64,000 nucleotides of DNA from Tubulanus polymorphus (Eukaryota; Animalia; Nemertea): positions 12,819,263 through 12,883,262 of the forward strand of contig NC_134028.1 in assembly GCF_964204645.1 (NCBI RefSeq), given 5' to 3'. This document shows, in pieces, positions 24,201-36,200 of this stretch; positions within the stretch are counted from its first letter, which is position 1; every line of letters begins with the position of its first letter. Below the pieces are notes generated by a model. The model was not told the origin of the DNA, made no database searches, and was given only the letters and a program-made list of their open reading frames with translations. The translations under genes were made by a program, and so were the position numbers.

Positions 24201-27200
24201 GTTCGCCTGCTTTGTCTTGAGTAAATTCCTTCGAGAAAATGATTAGAAAATGATTTTGGTAGCTGAAAAACCCCCCTCTCGATCCGGGCCTGTTAATTCT
24301 TTGTTCTTACCACCAGGGGGAGTGAAATATTGAATGATATATAATTTGTCTATTCATATTGGTACCTAAGCAAATTTTGTTACCATAATCAATTGCAAAT
24401 TTTTAGCTCATAACATGTTCTTTAGTGTTGAGTTTCAATGTCATTGGTTTTTGCATATGGCCTCCAAGAGGCATTGAGTATTGTTAATCAGCATAATCAT
24501 CTGACACAAGATAGTGTGCTTTATGTATTTTTTGCTCCTTAAAGGTTATTTTAGGTCTGAATTCTTAGCCCTGTAACATCATGACGTTAGATTTCAGAGA
24601 AATGGGTACCAATATTTACTTAAGGGATGAATTATTTTTGGCCAGAGAATTCAAGTAAACTAACTAAGAATGCAGTATTGCCTTTTTTCCGATGCTTTCA
24701 TATCGCGGAATCAGGGATTTGCAAAATTTTCCAAATCATGGAATTTCGTCGCTTTCACTATAGATATTGCAAATTTTGCAAATCCCTGATTCTGTGATAT
24801 GAAAGCATGGTTTTGCATACGGTCACCAGGGGACTTTGAATAGTAGTATAATAACTTAGTATTTCCATATATTATATTGGTACCTAGGCATATTTTGTTG
24901 TCAGAATCGATTACAAGTCGTATCCGCTGACATGTTCTATGATTGTGGTGAGTTTCAAGGTCATTAGGTTTTGCATATGGTCACCTGGGGGTATTGAATA
25001 GTAGAATAACTTAGTATTTCCATATTGAATTGGTAACGAGGCATATTTTGTTATCACAATCGATTACAAAATCGTAGCTGCTGACATTATCTATGATTGT
25101 GGTGAGTTTCAAGGTCATTGGTTGTTGTATATGGTCACCAGGGGGCGTTGAATATTGAAATTGTTAGATTGTTGAGCATTTGGAACCACTTCCCCAGTGG
25201 GCAGGATAAATAGATAACTATTCTGCTAACTATTACGGCTAATTCGTGCTCCTTTTTTCAATAAGTCACATCTTAGGTCGCTATATGTATACTTAAGTTT
25301 CTTCTGGTTAAGAAATCGCGGAAAGTACAATTTTGATGGCATTTGCCTTTTAAGACAATTTACATTTTCACCACTTCTCTGATGTTATTTGAAACAGTGT
25401 TTGTAAGTTAATTTGATGTGCTTTTTTCAGGTTTAACTCCTGCTATGCAAAAGGTTATGTTCAGAGGTAAGATAATGAGGATGAAGTTATAGATATCATG
25501 AGCTACAATTGATTGGTAGTAACAATCGATCTAAGCGTCTTCAACATTTCCCATTTGAAACCTCTGCAAAAGTGCTGATTTTGCCAAAATGGACACAATT
25601 CGGTCATCTTGTTTTCCAATCTGGCTGAAGATAAGGTTAACGGTACAAATATACATAACTAACTAGGCCCTATTGAGACCATACATAAAAGCGTATCAAA
25701 AACTTCCTAAGAAGACAAATGAAATTAGAAATAGGATTGTCAAACATGTTATGTTCAGAGGTAAGCCTTACATCAAGATCAAATTGACAGTCAAGTGAAT
25801 TTACTCCTAACTAAAGCTAAGCCAAGGTCGACTTACGACCCGACCGGTCTGTGATTTTTGGAACGGTCTGCGATTTTTTTCATCAGGAACCTTTTCAATG
25901 CGAGTGGGCTTATGACTGCGACGGATTGGTTGCAGACCCGTCGTAAGCCGAATTGCAAGGATAGAAATATGGGTGAATTTAAATGACATATCTGGATCGG
26001 CAGTACGTTATTTCATTTTCATGTCGAGTAGAGAGTTTGCAGGATCGAATGGATGACTATTCTTGTCGGTATCGGCAATTTCTTCGCTACATTCAAAAAA
26101 TTCTACCAGTTGTTTTCAGATAGCTATCACTTATCATTGTTCAATGCGTTTTGTAGTGGTTAGTAAACTGAGCTGATATCACTCTCCCCGATTGGTTATT
26201 TTCGGGGCAATCCTCTTTTTGACTGAGGCAGAGACCAATCTCAAGGTCATTGGGTAAAATAATGAATAAAAGGATTAGAAATTGACGAATGGCAAATCCT
26301 TTACCTAGTTCGGTCTCTCCATACGCCTATTTGTCATAAGATCATTCAACGAATACATTAAAAAAAATTCTAGCCCACGAATTCAGAGCGCTAATGCTCA
26401 CCACTTTGATAAGTGTTTATTACTTAGTAGATCGAATCTGAGAGAAGATACATTTTTCATTGAAAATAAAGTGGATAAATAATAATCACTACTATTACGA
26501 TAGGGTTTTCTGTGAAACAACAGAAAACCCTACCAAGTTCTTTTTCTACGACCCAATTCGATGATACAGAAGATACCAAGGATACCTGTCTTAGAACCAG
26601 TTACCTGCAGACCGGCCAAGTGTTACGATTCTTCCGTATTTGTTAGGAATGTGACCATGAAAATACGATGTTACGATCAGCACAAAATTACTATGGAATT
26701 TTTCAAAATTTTTACGAAATTACGACTTTTGCAAATAAACTACGTTTTTTGATAGAGCAAAATGTTATGTTTCCTTACGAAATGTAAGAAAATTTGGTCA
26801 CAAACGATCGGTGGTTAGAAATATATCCGCCATCAGATAGCGCTAGTGAATGGCCAGCAGATCAACAAAGAATTAAATTTAGTTGGTAGTGGTTGCTCCA
26901 TTGAATATTCTCGGAGCCACCCACATTGAGTCTTTTTTAGCCCACTTTAATCCCAGTGGGCTATTGCGTTCACTTTTCGTCCGTCGTTCGTCCGTCTGTA
27001 GACGGAGTCCAGTTATTTTGGGAAGTTTTGAAGACGCTTCACAATATAATGTCTTGATATTTGGTTTATACATGTATCTACCCTAGACACATCTTCAGCC
27101 CAAAAACTGGCCCTATCAGAATCAAGATGGCCGACTGGCAGCCATTGTTGTTCAGCACTTTTTACACAGTTTTGAAGTTTTTGAGGGAAATTTTGAAGAC

Positions 27201-30200
27201 GCTTTGATGAATTACCTTGATCTTTCATATATATTTGAATCTTGGGCCCATCAGCGTAACAAAAATTGGGTCAATCAGACTCAAGATGGCCGTCCTATGA
27301 CCTTTTTAGTGCCCAAAAATGTCAATTTTCGCTGGAATTCTGGGTCCTGTGGCTTCCTACTAGTTTGCCATTTCTCATTTCTATTTGTGATGGGTATTCT
27401 TTGGAAAGGGATGTTTTATGCCTGAGACAGGTATTTTTGATCAGCCAATTATGATGCAATTGGTGGCCATCTTGGTGTCATCAGTACTCATACGTAGGTT
27501 GGAAAAAGTTTTTCCACATTAAATTGATACCTAAGCATAATGTGTCACTATAATCAATTGGAAAGTTGTAACCCATAACTTGTTCTCTGATTTTCTTGAG
27601 TTTCGAGGTCATTGGTTTTTGTATATGGCCACCAGGGGGCGTTGAATAATACAATAGCTTGGTATTTCTATATTAGGCCTATATTTGTACCTATGCATAT
27701 TTTGTAACCACAATCTTTTGCAAAGTTGTAGCTCATGACATCGTCTATGATTGTGGTGAGTTTTATGGTTATAAGATGGTAGTGAGTCGATGACGTCATT
27801 TTCGTGTCGCCACTTATAACTTGTTGGTGGGAGTTCAGAGGAAGATTTGACAAACGAATAGATACTTTAATCTTATTTATGCAGTGTGAAATTTAGCTTT
27901 TTTAAAATATTTCCCTAAATTATTAGAAAATGCCGATAGTAAGATCGTGGGAAAGTTTTTATCGTTGAATGGGCGAATCACGGCGGCAGAGTGCACCTGT
28001 GATAAGGCAGAAATAGTTCCATGTGAAGGCAAAGCTTTTAAATGATTAGACAGTCGGAGGTGGTTTATTAACTTTTTTCAATTATGGTGCTGCTAATTTC
28101 CCAATCAAATTGCTAGATTTCGATCGTTTCTATGGTGGCTGATTCGGGCCATGTAATAAAAAAATCACAAACGTTACAAATTTTTTTTTGCGGACGCTTT
28201 AAAGTCGGTTTATTGCGCGATTAAACGAAAATTACCATGTTAAATTGAGAAATTACCGCGATAAAACGAGAAAAAGTCGTTTTATCGCGCGATTAAATGA
28301 ACTTTTTCGTTTTATTGCCACGTTAAAACAAAAAATAGCGCTATAAAACGAAAATTACCGCGTTAAAACGAGAAAAAGTCGTTTTATTGCGCAATAAAAC
28401 GAGAAAAAGTCGTTTTATCACGCGATAAAACGACTTTCGTTTTATTGCCATGTTAAAAACAAAAAATAGCGCGATAAAATGAAAATTACCGCGATAAAAC
28501 GAGAAAAAGTCGTTTTATCGCGCGATTAAACGAACTTTTTCGTTTTATTGCCACGTTAAAACGAAAAATAGCGCGATAAAACGAGAAAAAGTCGTTTTAT
28601 CGCGCGATAAAACGAACTTTTTCGTTTTATTGCCATGTTAAAACGAAAAATAGCGCGATAAAACGAATTTTTCGTTTTATTGCCACGTTAAAACAAAAAA
28701 TAGCGCGATAAAACGAAAATTACCGAGATAAATCAAGAGAAAGTCGTTTTATTGCGAAATAAGACGAACTTTTTCGTTTTATTGCCACGTTAAAACGAAA
28801 TAATTCTTTTTAGTCCTTTTTTTCTTCAACAAAAAGTTGAGTACGTCCTCATTGTGGGAACTGACGCGGAACGCTACACTCGACGCTTGCTGGGAATGTA
28901 TGCACCATAGTAAGTAAAGCATACCATATAAGCCTACGGCTGTGCCACATTTAGGGTGTTACGTCGGGGGGGGGGGGGTGTCGGCCGGGACTAGTAACTG
29001 ACCCACTTTTGAAATTTAAGTCCCGCTTATCTTACGAGGTCACTCTTCTACTTTCAGTCGGGTAAAGTGCAATGTGGCTCTTTCGCTGCAAATAGCCCAT
29101 ACATATATTATTGATCTGGTTTAGTGTCACAGAACTGCATTAGCCTTGATGTAAGCTTGCAAATATAACCACAACCAATTTCCTCAACACTACAGTGTTG
29201 CCACTTCTCCGGATTTCTCCGGAATTCCGGATTTTAAAAAAATCCAATTTCATTTCCGGATTTTCGGGAGAAGTCAAATAACCACAAAAGAAAACATCGC
29301 GAAAAAAATAAAATCAATTCGGGATTCGACCCTAAACATCAAAACGTAGTGGCAACAACCCGGCAGTACACGATTAAACCAAGATGACGCGACGATCGAA
29401 ATCGATTGACGCTTCGTTTGTTTTTTGGCTCTCTGGTTTATGTATGAGGTGTATTTGACGGAACCAATCGCTTTTTGAAAAAAAGATCTATAGGCGGTAA
29501 TGAAAGTGAGGCCTATAACGCGTATTGCGCCAGAACGCATCTCCTGGCGTTGTAATTTCAAAAAAATTTTGGGGGAGGGCCCCCAGACCCCCGACTTATT
29601 TTCCGGATCTTTAGCTTCACGTAAGTGGCAACTCTGACACTATTGCTGTCTTTCTAGAATATGTTTGATGAAATCCTGGAAGAATTAGGTATGGGTTCCC
29701 TCATACCTATTTTTCGTGAAAACAAGGTACGGTATAGGCCATCTAAGTTGCACCCGCTGGGGCTGTACATATGGATTCCCTTTTGGTTCTGAAGAAAGGG
29801 AAGTTGTTGGTTTGTGGCGTGTGAGTGGAGTGCTTCAATACGCAGGTGTCCTCTAAATCCGAGGGTCTTCAAAATACGGGTGATGCCAAGTTACTTGCTA
29901 CACCAGGTGGTTCAGTTCCACAGTTCCGGGGTTAAGATTTGACTCAGAGTTAACTCATTGAAAATGAACAACTGTGGAACTGGGCCCAGGATCCAGTTCC
30001 ACAGTTGTGAGTCACAAGAGTAAAATTTGAGTTAAAATCAGTGCATTTTCATTGTTTTTATTCAGAATCACATCTAAACTCATCTGTGAAACTGGACCCA
30101 CGTAAATGAGGTCCGTTTATTTAAGACAATATAATGCCTTTTTCTTAATTTGGCACATCCGTGGGGGACAATTCCCTGCATGACCTAATTTTTTTTCACT

Positions 30201-33200
30201 TGGTATAAAGCCAAAGATATTTTCGCGCCGCGAAGTCATGCAACAATGAATGTCAGTAGATTGCCAAAAAGTCTCGTATTTGTTGAATATTGTAAGCAAG
30301 CTTATCTGTATATCCTGTTGTTACGGTTTATGGTCGAGTTAGTTCACGGTTTATTACTCACATTATTTGTACCTTATATAAATACAGTATTGGGAATAAA
30401 TTCTATATCATTTGTATCTGCGATATACGTGTGTGTGTTATTGGTATTTGGTGCGCCCGTTTAAGGGCCTGATCGTCGCAGAGTTTTCTACATTTTGGTC
30501 CCTCGAGTCCTGGAGCCTGGAAGTACGTGATGGCAGAAGACGGACGGCAAAGCGAAGGCTACAAAGGCCTTGTGCGGAAGAGGACAGCCCAGCGGGGACA
30601 AGTCACGATGATTTTGAATGACGCAGATTCGGTGGTCAACTCAAGAACAACTCAGGCGCCGGACATCGCGAAACTCGAACGATTTGTGCAGCGACTCGAG
30701 ATCAAGATCACGCTTCTGACTGACATAAATGAAGAAATGTTGGTGATGATAAAAGATGACAGCGTCTACATGCAAGTTTCGAATGAAGCAGAAGAGGCCA
30801 TTTCGAATGCCACTGATCGTAAGTTGTTTTATGAACAATATTTGAAAAATGCGACGTTAACCGCTACTAAAGTTAGAACTGAAGGATTTCAGAAATCCAC
30901 ACTTCCGACGCTTAAATTGCCCACGTTTACTGGGAATCTGCTTGAATGGTCTACCTTTTGGGGGTTGTTTGAATCAACAGTGCATAATAATTCAGCGTTT
31001 TCTAACATTGAGAAATATAGTTATTTGCTCGGTCAAATTAGTGGTGACGCTAGAAGTTGTATTGACCGTCTTCCTATGACTTCAGAAAACTATGATAGTG
31101 CCGTTGAATTATTACAAAATCGTTTTGGTCAGACGCACCGTTTGTCAAAAGCATATTTGCAGGCTTTAACTGAATTGAATCCGCCAACAGCTGAAGTTTC
31201 GTCATTAAGGCATTTTTATGATAGTTCTGAAACGTATATTCGACATCTCGGTTCAATTGGTATTTATACTGAATCCTACGGCGTGATGCTTGTTCCAGCT
31301 ATGTTGGACAAGTTACCTTACGATGTTAAAATGTCTATGGCAATTATGTGTAATAAACCTGATAGTGATTGGTGTTTATCTGAGCTCAGTGAAGCTTTAC
31401 TTGTTCAAATTCAATTAAAGGAATCATGCATGTCACCAGAAACGAACGCGCCTATTCAATCGTTGCATTTAAATATCAATTCAAAACAATCTGTTAATTC
31501 GAAACCCGTCAGGAATGTTACTTGAAACTGTGTGTACTGTTGTAAATCTCATTTGCCATCAGATTGTTTTTATGTTACCGACGTTAGGAAGAGAAAGGAC
31601 ATCGTTCAGAAGGCAGGCATATGTTTTAATTGCCTTGGAAAGCATAGAGTGAGTAATTGTCGGTCAGAAGTTTTATGTAAGTTTTGCAAAAAACGACACC
31701 ACAGTAGTTTGTGTTTTGCCGTATCCCGCATGGGGCCTGGTACCGGAAATCAGGCTGACATGAGCTTTAGTGAACCGGGTAGAGTTAAGCAAAGAAGATT
31801 AATCGTATCTAATTCAGGAACTCAAACTAATTCAGTGGTTGAAAGTGGAACCTGTCAATCAAACCGAAATATATCCTTGATAGAATTTGAAACCACAGCT
31901 GTAACCACTAATGCAAAGTTATTAGATACTGTTATGTTAAAAACTGCGGTGACGGAAGTTTCCGGTACTGATAAAACAATCATTGCTAATTTGCTTTTTG
32001 ACGATGGGGCGCAACGGACGTTTATTACGTCTCAATTAGCCAAACATTTAGGGCTTCCAATCACTAGGAAAGAGACAGTAAGCATGTCTGTTTTTGGATC
32101 TGATAAACGTAGTGTACATCATTTGCCTATATCTCGAATCACAGAAGTACCATGCTTTCATTTCACAGGCGTGGATTATCTGGGGCCTTTGTTCGTAAGA
32201 TCGAAAAGTGGAGATTATGTGAAAACACACGTTTGTTTGTTTACATGCGCGGTGAGCCGTGCAGTTCATTTGGAGCTTGTGTCAGATCTTACTACGGAAC
32301 AATTTATATTAGCATTTAAGAGATTTGTGTCACGTACCTAGACAGCTCATTTCTGATAATGCATCTACGTTCACTTGTGCTAATGATATTCTGATCCGCA
32401 TTTTTTCTGCAGTAGAATTTTCGACATATTCATCCCAACAAGGGATTATTTGGAAATTCATTCCAAAACGTGCGCCGTGGCACGGCGGATTTTATGAACG
32501 ATTAGTATCTTTGGTGAAATCATCAATTTATAAGGTGCTAGGTAGAACCTCCGTGACATTTGATGAGTTGCATACTTTAGTTACGCAGATTGAAAGTCGA
32601 TTAAAAGACCGTCCAATTACGTATATATCTGATGATGTACGCAACCCGGAACCTCTGACTCCGTCCATGCTCCTTTGTGGACACCGTCTTACTTCTGTTC
32701 TGGTTGCAGATTTTGATAATACTGATCCAGACTTTCGTGTTGATATTGAGAAATTTGTGAAAAGATATAATTATTTGGATACATTGATTACACAATTTTG
32801 GAATAGATGGAAAGGTGAATTTGTGTTAAGTTTACGTGAGTTTCACCGTACTACGGGCCATAATTGTTGTGATATTAAGGTCGGTTCAGTAGTTCAAATT
32901 CACGATAGCGGTCCTCGTTTAAGGTGGCGTCTAGGTGTAGTTACTAAATTACATCTGGGAAATGATGGCCACGTGAGATCCGCATCTCTTAAAACATCAA
33001 CCGGATTTACGAATAGAGCTATAAGTTGTTTGTATCGGTTAGAGGTTTGCGCTAAGGAACCCGTAATAAGTTCTTCAGTGAGTGATGCTCCAGAATCAAC
33101 ACGTCCGAAAAGAGCAGCGGCAGTTGCAGCAGAAGCAAAAATTCGTCAACTTTCGCGCCGGGCGTAGGAGTCGGATGATGATTAATTGCGCTCTTGAAAT

Positions 33201-36200
33201 ATTTATAATACTTGCTGTTTAAATCGAATTTAATTATTGTATGTATATCTGTATTTTTATTTGAGGTAAACTTGAATGGTGTAAGAAAATGAAATTGTTA
33301 TATCAAATTTGAGATTTATATATTTTGCGGCGGGAGAAATGTTGAATATTGTAAGCAAGCTTATCTCTATATCCTGTTGTTACGGTTTACGGTCGAGTTA
33401 GTTCACGGTTTATTACTCACATTATTTGTACCTTATATAAATACAGTATTGGGAATAAATTCTATGTCATTTGTATCTGCGATATACGTGTGTGTGTTAT
33501 TGGTATTTGGTGCGCCCGTTTAAGGGCCCGATCGTCGCAGAGTTTTCTACAGTATTATCATTTTTCATTTCTAATCAAAACCTTTTTATGACCCTTTTGA
33601 ATGAGACTTTTTGGCAATCATCCAATACAGTGTAAAATAGATACAAAAACTATATCCATAAAAGATGCTTTATTTTTATCTGTGCTGGTCCTTTTGAGAT
33701 ACCGGTATTAGGCTACCTACTACCAGAACTGACTGAGCTAGGCCACCAGTCTGCCAAAATAAGTTGAAATAGACTGATTACTTGTGATTTCATGAAATTT
33801 TCTAAATTTCTACTTTTTCAGATTGAATTGAACGATATCCCTCTCTTGACTGATGCAGATTTTTCGCGGTTAGGTGTAACGGCAGTGGGAGACCGCCTGA
33901 GACTTCGACATAAGTGTCGAAGTACGGAACATGGTAATTATTATGAAAATATAGGACTGTGGCCTTTTTGGAGCGTGATCCATCCATGCACCTTTAAATG
34001 TTAAGTGAATTTTGTATGGCTTATTTGAATAAACACAGGTATTTGTATCTTTTGCCTGTACATACGACAATTTTTCTTCATAGAGTGGGATAGCACAAGT
34101 TCTAGCAGTATTAATGGCAGCGCAGGCATACTCAATAGATTAAGGACTTCACTCAAAAAGAATTCAAAAGCTACATCCAAGCTCAACAAGAAAGGAAGTA
34201 CCGGTCCTGAATCGAAACTAGAGAATAAAAACGCATTTAAGAATTCTCGTCGCATTAAAGTTTGTTGGAAGCACTACAATTGTTCCAAGAAATGCTTTGA
34301 ACTTGTGCCCCAGTCGAAAGGTGGCGGGTCACATCCCATCGATGTTGATAAGAGTTTGACAAAAACGGAGCTACATAGAATTTGTTGCGAACTATTTCTT
34401 CCATCTGGTAAATCAATAGCTAAGCAGTTGCGTCTCAAAGACTTAGATATTTTCTTGGCAAATTTCACTGGTATGGAATTGCCTGATACGCTTTCATCAG
34501 GAGAGCAGTTTACAGTGAATGGTTACATCAGTCAGCATTGTTCTTTAACACAAGTGCCTAGAATATACTTGCACACAAAGGTAAGTTGCATTTTCCGGCC
34601 CAATTTGGACATTATGTACTTTGTCCTATAAGCTAAAATTTTGTTTTTCTCGGAATATTCAGAATAAAGATTCGGATGATATGGACGATTCAACCCAACA
34701 AACGACAAGATCCGATGAACGTGCATCGGAATCACATGGTAGAACGCTTGGTAATCGAGTCCCTGAAGATGAACCGGTGTTACCGGTTGCCGCTACACAG
34801 GAAGCCGATATTTCAGAATTTCTTCAAACACTTGAAGCGCCGGACACTCCAACAATCCAGTTTCGGTTACCTGTCAACATAGCCAGTAACTATGATCTGA
34901 CACTGCTGCATGATATTCCAGATATCGATGTATTTATCCCACCAGAAGAACTTGTTCTTGTCATAAGAAGGTCGCTCATTGTTCACGATATGCTTTTAGC
35001 ATTTAACGACCAGAATATACTGAAAAGAAATATCACTATCCGTTTGGTTTTGCCAAATGGTGAGGTTGAGGCAGGTGAGGGAGTAGGGGTTTTTGCTGAT
35101 GCACTAACTGATTTTTGGGAACAATTCAAGAAAGAGATGGGCGGGAATTCACAAATGGTGCCACAGTTACGCCATGACTATGGCGTAGATACGTGGCAAG
35201 CAGTTGCCAAAATCATAGTATCGGGCTATAGAGCTACCGGGTATTTCCCAGTCTTCATAGCACGGCCATTTCTGGAAATGTGTCTCTTTGGCAATGATGT
35301 AGGTGGCCTAGAGTTAGTTGATTCCTTCTTACATTACGTCTCACCATCTGAATCGATTGTGCTGAAGAGAGCAATAGAGAACTTTGATGATGAGCGCAAC
35401 GATTTTGATGAAATACTTGACATTTTGAATGGTTATGATTGCAAAAAGATCCCTACAAAACTTAATTTTCAAACTTTGATCCGCGAGATTAGCCATAAGG
35501 AAATAATTCAGAAGAGTATGTTCATAGTAGTCTGCATGAGGGAAGTATTTCGTAAAAATCTAATGTTGACTCATGAAGAGTTGTTAAAACTGTATGATGA
35601 TTTGAAACCGTCCCCTAGGAAAATAGTCAGTATCTTGACGTTCCCAGATGATATGAACAACCTACAGGTATCTGTATCGACGTTCTTGAAGCGTTATATT
35701 CGTTCTCTGGACGAAAAACAACAGCAAAAATTCTTACGCTTTTGCACGAGATCAGACCTATTCAATGAAGCGAAAATTAAGGTAATGTTTAACCAGACCC
35801 CCAATGGGTTAGCGAGAGCTCCTACAGGTAGAACATGTGCGAAGATACTTGAATTGCCGGATTCTTATGAATCATTCACTGAATTAAGGCAGGAATTTGA
35901 TGCAATATTAGCCAGCAATGTTTGGGTTATGGATGTCATTTAATTGTCACATTTAAACTTGTTATCATTTGCATTAATTCTGGAAAGTGCATGTTAATTT
36001 GCAAAAATATATTGCAGACCATTTAGTTTTCTTAAATTTGAACTACGTAACTACGAAATTTTAATTTCACTGAACAATATGGATTGTCGTCATTGCACAT
36101 TGCGTTTTAACGAATCTTGAAAGTTGTTGAACTTTAATGTTTGTGTAGCTGAATGAGCTAATCAGTTTATCATTTTATGTTGAATTATTTTAACCTCGCA

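Noticed and set aside
28200-28800. Palindromic ~30-bp repeats resembling a CRISPR array
   Set aside because: No unique spacers and no cas genes; mirrored at 39710-39975 as transposon subterminal repeats.
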